Below are positions 29,052 to 38,100 of a stretch of DNA of 64,000 nt, one piece after another (positions within the stretch are counted from its first letter, which is position 1; every line of letters begins with the position of its first letter). The DNA lies in the NCBI GenBank assembly GCA_027366525.1, contig DAHXKG010000003.1, positions 164,997-228,996 on the forward strand. Reading direction: 5' to 3'. The position numbers and the translations under genes are program-made. The notes below the pieces were generated by a model, which was not told where the DNA came from, made no database searches, and worked only from the letters and a program-made list of their open reading frames with translations. Origin of the DNA: a candidate division FCPU426 bacterium (lineage in GTDB: Bacteria; Oederibacteriota; Muellerivitia; Muellerivitales; DAHXKG01).

Positions 29052-30632
29052 TTATACTCTGGCTGATTTGATTTTATTAAGACGTACCTTATATCCAAGT
29101 CCCTCCAGCCGTTGATGTGCATTTTTAAGACTTACTTTACTGAAGAAAGGGAGGTCAAGCGGGTGATTCGAGTAGCTGATGATTCCGTAGACTACTTCGT
29201 AATCATCTGTTCTAGGCCGGGATCTAGGATCTGCCAGTTTATAAGCCGAAGGTAGTTTGTCGTTTACTTTTACCCTAAACTCCGAGTCTCGTGCAAATAG
29301 TTCCCCGGAAACTATCCCCTGAAAAAAAAGATGACTAAGTGGAGCAGAATTACCATATCGCTTTATGTGTATAAGCTTTTTATCTAAAGTGAGAATATCG
29401 CAAAATTCAATTTGTCCGTGAGTCCCACCATGATAAATTATGTCACGATCCATACAATGAGCCCCGAGTGTGGCCGCCGCAGCTACGTTATAACTCCTTT
29501 CATCCGCTTGTGTACAATTAGGAAGCGTAATACTTGAGGCTACAACCGTCTCATAATCACGTGTAATGTGATTTTTAAACGATTTGTCCACTTGGTACCA
29601 CTTCCCATTGTTAAGAACAAATAATTCTTCAACGTGTTCGATTTCTGCGTACGTGCATTTATAAGCAGACCAATGTTCTGAAACGTTATTATTTGCAAGT
29701 GAAAACATAAAAACGGAGTCTTTCTTTAATGTATCTACGTCCGTCAGTGGAGTTCCCATCTCGTCTAAATAAGAATCCATTCCGATATCGGGGTGGAGAT
29801 CACCTCGTGTCTGACGACAATAACGGAAGCCTTCAAGGTCTTCCCAATTGATAACTTCTGGCACAGACATCCATATTTTTCTCAAATCCCGATTTTGAAT
29901 CTTTTGAATAAGAATTTCATCGAGCTGACTAATGACAGCCGTATTCTTTATTTCCGCAATTTGGTCTATCCAACCAAAATTGATCTTGTAATCTGTACTC
30001 TTGTAACGTTCATAACAATGCCTTAAAAAAGCAACTATATTTGTTATATCAACACGAGCAGAAGTTGTAAGAGCATCCTTTCCTGTAATAGTCTTACCAA
30101 GAATCGAATCATTAGTCTTCGCAGTAACAGAACTAATGAGGTCCTGTTCAATATCAATCCCAAATTCACTTGCAGTGACTTCTCGGCCCATTTGCTCACG
30201 TGTCTGTTTGGGGACAGAACCAAGGGTTGTTTTGTCGATGCTTCGAAGGCTTCCGGCATTTGCAGAGTTTAAAACAACTTTGAGCCCGAATCGTTCTTCG
30301 ATGACATTATCTTTAAGCAAAAACTTTCCGCCCCCAAAGGTAATTGCGAAATACCGCGTCTGATTTTCACAAGTAATAGGAACTAGAAGAGTGCCACGAG
30401 CAATGGATGAAAAAAGAGGAATGTCATTTGGCAAAGCACCACCAAAAAACTTTTGAATCCAATCGGGTTTAAATTGATGCGATTCTGAAAAAATAAAAGT
30501 TCCAACACCATCTATGGTGGCTCGTTTAGCCTCATCTTCTACAATATTTATAAGATCTGTCTGTTCCGACTTAAGCATATAAACCGAAATCTTGTTTGTT
30601 TTGACCAGACTTGTTCTTGGCATAATAGCCAA
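29052..30632 (-). CDS. TIGR04141/DUF6119-like sporadically distributed protein
   Basis: 526 aa. N-terminal ISVYMLK start and a C-terminal IEFCDIL ... LIHIKR nuclease-like motif as remembered for this family. Not verified by search. Confidence 0.5.
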   Translation of the reverse strand: MAIMPRTSLVKTNKISVYMLKSEQTDLINIVEDEAKRATIDGVGTFIFSESHQFKPDWIQKFFGGALPNDIPLFSSIARGTLLVPITCENQTRYFAITFGGGKFLLKDNVIEERFGLKVVLNSANAGSLRSIDKTTLGSVPKQTREQMGREVTASEFGIDIEQDLISSVTAKTNDSILGKTITGKDALTTSARVDITNIVAFLRHCYERYKSTDYKINFGWIDQIAEIKNTAVISQLDEILIQKIQNRDLRKIWMSVPEVINWEDLEGFRYCRQTRGDLHPDIGMDSYLDEMGTPLTDVDTLKKDSVFMFSLANNNVSEHWSAYKCTYAEIEHVEELFVLNNGKWYQVDKSFKNHITRDYETVVASSITLPNCTQADERSYNVAAAATLGAHCMDRDIIYHGGTHGQIEFCDILTLDKKLIHIKRYGNSAPLSHLFFQGIVSGELFARDSEFRVKVNDKLPSAYKLADPRSRPRTDDYEVVYGIISYSNHPLDLPFFSKVSLKNAHQRLEGLGYKVRLNKIKSARV

Positions 30633-30848
30633 AATACTCTTTTCCTAAAGAAACACAAGATTGAAAGATTAAGGGGTCAAGCTGGTTAAAACACCAACCC
30701 CTTCGACTGGTTTGATTGCGGTTACAGACATGTTGTCGATTTATGGGCTTCTACAGAGTGCTTGGCCATTTGGGGTGGTGACAAGCATCTGGTCAATCAT
30801 TGCCGTGAGAAGATGGTGTTCTAACCGGGAGATACCTGTCCGCTTTTA

Positions 30849-31373
30849 CTATTTTTTCTTAAAAATTCCACGATTTTTTCCAAAACCCTCAATTGCCTTC
30901 CCAGTGCGGACATGTCTTCTAAAAGAAAGTAAAACTTCCCAAGGCAATTCACTTATGTTTTCCGCAACATCAAAATAGTAAAGTGGTTTCCCTTCTTCCA
31001 GTCTCTCTAAGGTTTTTTTATCCAATTCAACATTATCGGGATTGTCTCCCCACAAATCCTCATAATCACACCAATATATTTTTTCATACCAAACAATAAA
31101 ATGGCTGTAACAACCGGATTCTCTAATAACAGAAGGATATAATGTAATTTTTCCTCTTTTTTTGTAAAAACGCCAAGCGGGACCAACACGGGGATCTAAA
31201 TTAAGTATTACTTCTTCTCCACAACCACTTGGGCAAAGCAAAATAAACAATCGCGGAATTTTTCTTACTACAAGAACTCCATCACCAGGCTTAATCAATA
31301 AAGGTTTTACGTCATCGCGCGATTCAACAACACCTTTAAATTGAATCTCATTCGCCCTTTGGCTTTCCACCAT
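30849..31373 (-). CDS. DUF6527-like putative zinc-binding protein
   Basis: CPSGCGE ... W ... TLYPSV ... GCYSHF.V matches the remembered DUF6527 pattern (CxxxC ... CxxH). Last gene of the Ubl operon, 15 nt after the preceding gene. Confidence 0.5.
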   Translation of the reverse strand: MVESQRANEIQFKGVVESRDDVKPLLIKPGDGVLVVRKIPRLFILLCPSGCGEEVILNLDPRVGPAWRFYKKRGKITLYPSVIRESGCYSHFIVWYEKIYWCDYEDLWGDNPDNVELDKKTLERLEEGKPLYYFDVAENISELPWEVLLSFRRHVRTGKAIEGFGKNRGIFKKK

Positions 31374-31388
31374 TTCCGTGTCCTTAAT

Positions 31389-32852
31389 TCAAAGAGTAGC
31401 AAGATGAATTATTATTTTTTCAGCAAGCAAATAAATAAAAGATTTTCGAAAATCATCTCTATCAGAACTAGCGACAGTTCCAGAAATACTTAATAATCTC
31501 ATCGCTAAAGTAAAACTATACTCTTCTTTTGTAGAAGTTTGTGTGAACGCAATTTCTCTAACCTTCTTTATGCTTTGCCATAGTTTTTCTTCTGTGTCAC
31601 CAAGACCAAGCGTGGTCGGCATTTGAACCATTAAAAATTCCGGAGAATAAATTTTTAAAACAAACTTTTTCCAATCGGTTTTACTTAAGTTTTTACCACC
31701 AGGTAAATTTATTCGTTCAACAGAAATGCTTACTTCTAAAGCCGCACAATCTTCATTAATTGGACCCCAGTCAACCGACGCAAAATCTATAAGTACCGCT
31801 TCTTCGGAACGGACCATTATATTTTTCCCATGTAAATCCCTGTGAATAAGTGTATTTGTATAATTGAAATCTTTGACCTTTATTTGAATTAATGATTTCA
31901 GCTCTTTGGGCGTTATCATCGCCCCCAATTTAATAATTTTTTTAAACCTTTGTAATATTTTTTTTGAGCTAAAATTGCCAGGTTTTCCCTTTGTTTGCGT
32001 AGTCTGTCGTCGCCAACAATTTAAAGTTATATCAAATAAATGATTAATTTCCTTTTTTGCTCTTCCTTTTTGGGCCAAATCTAACAATAAATCAGCATCT
32101 ATATAATCGCCCACAATCAAACCCTTTTCAAAACCCGAAATACATCTTTTTAAGTCAAGATGGGGTCTCAGGTTAAATGGGATAAAATTATTTACATATT
32201 TTTCATAATTCATTATTTCTTTTTTCTGATTTTCAACACTTTCAATTTTTAAAAAAAACGGTAATGGGATTAGTGGTTTTGGGGCCAAGCCAACTATTTG
32301 TCCATTGACCTCAAATATTTTTGCTTCGGTTCTCCCACCAGAAAGGTTGCGAACTGTTATCAAACAAAAATCCGAAAAAGCTCTTTTTAATAAAAGTTTT
32401 TCATTTTTCGTTAACTTAATCTTGGAAGATGAGTCATTTATATTCAATTCGACATGTGGGGAGGACATTGGTTCGTGACGGGCAAATATTTCAGCAATTT
32501 TAGAAGGTTTTTCATCCCACAAGAGCGAAAAGTGTTGATGGTTTATAAGCGATGGAAATTTCTCATCTAAAATATCCCTTGTTAATTGGAAATAGAAGTT
32601 ATTTGGAACGTGAGCAATAACAAATAATCCATAATCTAAAGCTATTGGTGAAAAGTTTTGTATTCCTTCTAAATATTGTTTTGGTTTATTGCCATGATTA
32701 AAAACTATTCCTCTGGCAGATGAAAGAGCATTTTTAATCCCATTCAAATTCACACGCTCAAAATCTAGATTTCTTTCTATAAATGGTTCGAGAGAAATAT
32801 TTACAGCTGGACCTATCCAGAGTATTTTTTTGCGAATAAATCTTTCATTCAT
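31389..32852 (-). CDS. protein-kinase-like/APH-fold protein with an unassigned N-terminal domain
   Basis: LSGGRTEAKIFEV (Gly-loop plus Lys), IHRDLHGKNIMV catalytic loop and LIDFASV (DFG-like). The ATG at 32852 gives an 8-nt overlap with the E1 stop. The track ORF starts at 32897. Confidence 0.6.
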   Translation of the reverse strand: MNERFIRKKILWIGPAVNISLEPFIERNLDFERVNLNGIKNALSSARGIVFNHGNKPKQYLEGIQNFSPIALDYGLFVIAHVPNNFYFQLTRDILDEKFPSLINHQHFSLLWDEKPSKIAEIFARHEPMSSPHVELNINDSSSKIKLTKNEKLLLKRAFSDFCLITVRNLSGGRTEAKIFEVNGQIVGLAPKPLIPLPFFLKIESVENQKKEIMNYEKYVNNFIPFNLRPHLDLKRCISGFEKGLIVGDYIDADLLLDLAQKGRAKKEINHLFDITLNCWRRQTTQTKGKPGNFSSKKILQRFKKIIKLGAMITPKELKSLIQIKVKDFNYTNTLIHRDLHGKNIMVRSEEAVLIDFASVDWGPINEDCAALEVSISVERINLPGGKNLSKTDWKKFVLKIYSPEFLMVQMPTTLGLGDTEEKLWQSIKKVREIAFTQTSTKEEYSFTLAMRLLSISGTVASSDRDDFRKSFIYLLAEKIIIHLATL

Positions 32853-34179
32853 TTTGTCTTGCGGGCAAAGGCCATTCATCGCCCCGACCAAACGCACCCC
32901 TTGGAGAACAAACTATACAAACTGGGTCGATAGGTGCAGAAGCCGGGCGTAGTTTCCCGGTGATTCCATCATAAGTTTGAAACCTAGCCTTGAAAGGTAC
33001 ACCTGTAACGAATCCCAAAAACATTGTTATTGCAAAAGAAACCATTGTTGAATTTAGGGAAATTACACTCGGAGCAGGAATGTTATCTCCAATAAAATAA
33101 GGATCTTTTTGTCGCTGAAAAGAAGTCATTAAATCATACCTGATGGCATCCGGGTCTAATGTTCCTGAACAGGTCAAACAACCTAGGCCCGGTGAAAGCA
33201 TTTGAGTTCGGCCAGTAATATGAGTCACTTGATGGTTTTGTGCTGTTATGCTCACACCAATATCAATACACGGGATAAAATATTGATAACTTAATTGGTT
33301 TAAAATTGCTCTACTTCCATGACTATCGGTACAACAAAAAATAAAATCCACATCCTTTAAAAGCAGTGCAACCTTAGCATCCAAAATACTCCCTTTAACT
33401 TTTTTAATCTCTGCCTCATTATTTACAAATTTAATTAGTCGGTTTGCGATATCCACTTTCGGACGATTTAAATCTTTTTTATTTGCCCCCACTACTCGGT
33501 TTAGGTTCGAAACTTCAATTACATCTGGATCGATTAATAAATAATTTTTTACTCCTAAATAAGCCAATTGCTGTATTACTAATGAACCAGTTCCCCCAAG
33601 TCCAACAATACCTAACTTCAAATCTCTTAAAAAATGTTGCCCCAGGGGTCCAAAGGCACGAATTTGTCTGTCAAATTGTTTTATTTGGCCAAACTTAGTC
33701 TCTTCATTTGAATGGGACCAAATGTTTGGTCCAACCTCCATCACTCGGATTTTTTTAAACGTTCCTAAAAACCGGGCTGTACAACCATTAGGTCCCACAA
33801 CTAAAGCAATATGAGGACCCAAAACATTTCTTTTTTCTAAAAAAACGCATAATGTTTTCTCCCCTTTGTCATCAATAGGTGAAAAACGAGGATTATTTAT
33901 ACTCCCGGGATGAGTGTGGACAAAAACCAAACCTTTATTATTGAGTTTTGCTTTTTTTACTATTGGAGCTAAAAATTCTGGTTTTAATTGACAATCGACG
34001 CCAGTTTTTTTGAGATAAGCTTCATCCGTCGGTAAATGAATATCATTGACTAGAATTCTAAATCCACTTTTTGTTTTAACAGGGGTAGTTACCAAAATTG
34101 CAGCCGATTCAGTTGAATGACTAAGCAATAAAGTTTTTAATCCAGAAAATACTTGTCCCGGAAATATTAAGTCGTTCAT
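32845..34179 (-). CDS. JAB/JAMM peptidase fused to ThiF/E1-like adenylyltransferase
   Basis: JAMM motif HTHPGSINNPRFSPID (HxH...SxxD). E1 Rossmann GIVGLGGTGS, SNLNR, CCTDSHGSR, and CLTC plus CIVC zinc pairs. Confidence 0.85.
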   Translation of the reverse strand: MNDLIFPGQVFSGLKTLLLSHSTESAAILVTTPVKTKSGFRILVNDIHLPTDEAYLKKTGVDCQLKPEFLAPIVKKAKLNNKGLVFVHTHPGSINNPRFSPIDDKGEKTLCVFLEKRNVLGPHIALVVGPNGCTARFLGTFKKIRVMEVGPNIWSHSNEETKFGQIKQFDRQIRAFGPLGQHFLRDLKLGIVGLGGTGSLVIQQLAYLGVKNYLLIDPDVIEVSNLNRVVGANKKDLNRPKVDIANRLIKFVNNEAEIKKVKGSILDAKVALLLKDVDFIFCCTDSHGSRAILNQLSYQYFIPCIDIGVSITAQNHQVTHITGRTQMLSPGLGCLTCSGTLDPDAIRYDLMTSFQRQKDPYFIGDNIPAPSVISLNSTMVSFAITMFLGFVTGVPFKARFQTYDGITGKLRPASAPIDPVCIVCSPRGAFGRGDEWPLPARQNE

Positions 34180-34559
34180 TGGCTGTCTTTAAGTCTTGTT
34201 TGTATAACATGAAAAAAGGTTGAAAGATTATCTTGGCTTGGATTCCATTGACCTAAATGCCATGAAAACCAAAGATGCGGAGGTAAATCTAGAGCTTCTG
34301 GTATCGCTTGGAGCTGGGCATTTTTTGGAATACCTCCATTTTTTAGCCTTAAGGTTGGTTCCGCCCAAAAACAATCTGGTTTTGCATATGGAAATCCTAC
34401 TGGAGCGATAAATTTAATATCGATTTTATCACGGGACCAGCCAGGAGAGAGTTTTACAGAAGGTACTGTAATTAAATAAGCACCACTGGGAAACTTTCTT
34501 TGAAAAACTTCTGGGCATTCGGATTTTAAAATTGCAAACTGCTCTTCAAAAGGTGTCAT
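34176..34559 (-). CDS. prokaryotic E2-like (UBC-fold) protein
   Basis: 127 aa with a single candidate catalytic Cys in GFPYAKPDCFWAEP. 4-nt overlaps with both neighbours. Context lies between the Ubl and E1 genes. Confidence 0.6.
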   Translation of the reverse strand: MTPFEEQFAILKSECPEVFQRKFPSGAYLITVPSVKLSPGWSRDKIDIKFIAPVGFPYAKPDCFWAEPTLRLKNGGIPKNAQLQAIPEALDLPPHLWFSWHLGQWNPSQDNLSTFFHVIQTRLKDSQ

Positions 34560-34852
34560 TTTAAACCAAAAGTTGCCGGTGGAACTGTATAGAAATGACG
34601 AATTCCCTTGTCCTGGTCATTATCATGATCTGCATCACTTCCTGGTTTTAAGTCTACCGTTTGAGTATCTGCTATCTGCTTATCTTCGGAATCTTTATCC
34701 CGATCTTCTAAGAAAAGTTGATACGTATTGTTTGGGCTTGGTAATTTTGATTTTATTTGCGCGCCAGTTAAACTTCGATCTTGGGATTCATATTTTTTCC
34801 CATCAACATAATAAACATATTTTTCTTTTTTCTCGGATGTATCCGCACTCAT
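34556..34852 (-). CDS. multiubiquitin-type beta-grasp (Ubl) protein
   Basis: 98 aa. YVYYVDGKKYESQDRSLTGAQI ... YQLFL resembles the multiubiquitin domain. Ends ...PPATFGLK. First gene of the operon. Confidence 0.55.
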   Translation of the reverse strand: MSADTSEKKEKYVYYVDGKKYESQDRSLTGAQIKSKLPSPNNTYQLFLEDRDKDSEDKQIADTQTVDLKPGSDADHDNDQDKGIRHFYTVPPATFGLK

Positions 34853-34904
34853 TTTTTTCCCCTTTGCTCCAAAAATGTTGAATTTATTTGAAGAATTTTT
34901 TAAC

Positions 34905-34913
34905 AGTATAACA
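34905..34913 (-). promoter_or_regulatory. possible extended -10 promoter element for the Ubl operon
   Basis: Minus strand reads TGTTATACT about 50 nt upstream of the Ubl ATG, with a purine-rich RBS (AAGGGG) before the start. Confidence 0.3.
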
Positions 34914-35168
34914 CAAAAAAGAAGTTTAATTTGATCGCAATTCTCCCTTTGTAAATACTTTCAGGCAAGTTCCCGGCTCTTAAATCAAAATTAAAGCTTC
35001 GCTGCACGACCACCTCTAATCCCCGGCACTGGCCGGAGATTTCGGTTGTGTCCAGAATGTTTCGCGCATTTTATCAGGATAGGCCTGCGTGGGCCGCAAG
35101 TCGTTATCTTAATCCGCATTTTTTAAAAGCCTCAAAATAACCCAAAATTATCTTTGTGTTTTTGAAGA

Positions 35169-38100
35169 TCATTCCTTTTCAAAACCCTGGTCTTTAAACT
35201 TCAAAGTTCTACTGTTTTCTGTAACAATTCGGATTACGTTATCCGGCGTTCCATTTGGGATTTCAGCTTCAATTTCAAGCGTCACCTTCAATTTGGAGCC
35301 CATTAACCCTGCCAAATGGGCAATGACTTCATCTGCCACGCGACTAGCATCCCGTCCCACTCTAGTAGGATCAAGTTTGACTGTTCCATGAAAACGCTTA
35401 GGAGATGCTAATACATTGGTTCTTGATTTTCCTTCTGGTTTTTCTGACGAATCCGTAGTTAAAGATGGAGAGGCTGTGGAAGATCCTGCTTGAGAAGCCA
35501 CAGCCTGTCTTGTCGCAAGTTGTTGGTTGGCGACTTCTGATTTCACCAGAAGCCCTGTATTATCTTCTGGTATTCCAATTCGCTCCCCACACCGCAATCC
35601 CTTGAATTGTCCGGTAGCCTCGTCTTTGCTTTCGGCATAGGCAAAAGATTCCTGTGCCCAAGTCAAAAGGGTCAACCCACTTGTGATGGCTTCCCGTAAA
35701 ACCGCGTTGTTGGTCAAGCGGGGGAGGTAAAGATATCGAGCAAAATCTTCTATAAGTTGTCGAATAGACACGGAATCACCGCGCCAAAGAGGAACATTAT
35801 CCAAATCTAATCGAAGTCTGGTACCAGCTAAGGCCGTCACCAACAGTTCTTCGTTCTTTAACTTCTTACTAGCCCTAGCCGCTAAAGGATCAGTGCCTGT
35901 CAGACGGATAGCGTTCCATGTGATGGGTTTTTCTGCGTCTATCTGAACCGGCACCAAGAGCCATTGGTAGGCTTCCGGCAAACGGCTCTTGACCACACTA
36001 TCAGTTGAATTTCTTTGATTCTCTGCCTGTTTAACTTGATGCGGGTCGAGATTCAAAGCCTCGCTGTCATCAAGTATGGATTCCCATGCCAAATAACGAC
36101 TGATAGCTTCTACCAAATCCTGCAAACGGGCTTGATCTACCGCTAAAAAAACCAATGTATTACGGAACAAACGGGGGGTGTTACCCCGATTTTCCAAGAT
36201 AGCTTTAGCTTGAGCTTCGGCTTTATTATTTGGGTCTTTGCTATAGGGGTAATCAGAACCCAACACCACCAGCCGTGCATCCATGTCGTCGGGGACATCT
36301 TGGCCGGATTGGGGAGCGGAATGAACTCTTGGAAAATCACCTTTAGTCTTGAGATCAGTTTGTAAACGTTTTTCCAATTCATGTGCCAAGGCATCTAGGT
36401 CACGCCTTTTCTGTTCAGCTCGGTCTTCTGCGATTTTGGTGACGGTAGGTTGGGTGGAATACCAGTAACGAGTTCCATCCTGATAAAGATAAGTTGCGGC
36501 GGAAGATAAACGCCTCAAAGCATCCCCAAACACAGCAGGAGTTTCTCCAGGCATGACACAACCTAATTTAACCTGACGGTCTTCCAAACCCCGGTTGGCC
36601 GCTGCGGCAGTCGGGGCAGAACCTAAATAAATAGTCCTCGCGACCCTGCGGCAAGCAGCGTATTTTCCCAGGTTTGGCACTTCGCCATCAATACGGCGTG
36701 GGAGAGCATCTGGCCCATCCACATCTTTATCCAAGACCGGAACCCAGTTATCGGAAAGATACCGTGTCAACTCGAACTGAACTTGGGGGTCATCAATGGG
36801 GATATTCGAGGGAAGAATCAAAGGGTTTTTGTCGTTGTTCTTCCAAAGGCTGTGGATGACGGCGGCCATCAGGCGCAAAACACCGCGAGTCCTTTGGAAC
36901 TTCACCAAAGTGGACCAGTCGATATAAAGTCGATCAAACACCTCTGGATGAATTGGATAAGCTGCCCTCAAGCGTTTTTCGTAATCGGCGTTTCTACATT
37001 CAAGCGGAAATTCTTGGTGTTGGGTTCGATAAAAATCATAAAAACCCTGGGCAACAGTGTCTCTGGCTATAAATTGATTTTTATCGAGGATCGGTTCAAA
37101 CAAGCGGCGGCGAACAATCTCAAACCCTTCCTCAGCTCCAGCAGGCCGCCACGATGCCTCCACCCGGCCCACAGCATTCCGCAACCGGGCCAAAGCCACC
37201 CGGCCTCGTTCACCACCGACTTCCACGTCATCGGCCACCGCATGGGGTGAACCGGTTGTATCCGAGGCAGGTAAGCTGATAACTAGAAGGCATTGTTTGG
37301 CCAATTTAGCCGATTCCGTAAGAGTCTGGGCAAAGGTGAAATGGGTCTCAAAACTTCCTCCCGGAAGATCCGCTTGATCGTGAAGCTGCCTGGCATAGGC
37401 TACCCATTCGTCTACGAGAATAAGACAAGGGCCATATTCATTGAATAATTCACGCAATGCGTCACCAGGACTCGTAGCCTTTTCATCATCCGCTTGGATA
37501 CGAGCAAAAGCTTTCTTGCCCCCTAGTTGCCAAGCTAGTTCGCCCCAAAGGGTTCGTACTACGGTGCCATCTGATTTAACAGAAGGGTTTCCAGGTGAAA
37601 TTCGATTTCCCACCAAAACTACTCGTTTAGCGCTAACAGGTTTATCGGCACCCGCTTGTTTCAATATTTCATCCATGCCGGGAAGTTCCGTGGGTTTGAT
37701 CCCGGAAAAAAGATGATAGAGGGCCAGCATCGAATGGGTTTTGCCGCCGCCGAAGTTCGTTTGAAGTTGAATGACTGGATCTCCACCTTTTCCCGTCAGG
37801 CGTTGAAGAGCTCCTCTCAAAAGATGTTTGAGACTCTCGGTCAGGTAAGTCCGTCGGTAAAACTCAATGGGGTTTTTATATTCCTCGCTACCTTCCCCTA
37901 AGTGAACCTGCCAGAGATCAGCAGCAAACTCGGCCTGCTGGTAATGACCATTAGCCACATCCTTGTGAGGGGTCACCACCTCGCGCCAAGGAGGAAGTTG
38001 GTGGGTGGCTGTACTTTCTATGACCGTTCCAACCGTTTTTCGTTTCTCCTGACGGACTTGCTCATCAAAACGAACCCGGAGAAGCTCCATTTTCATCTTT

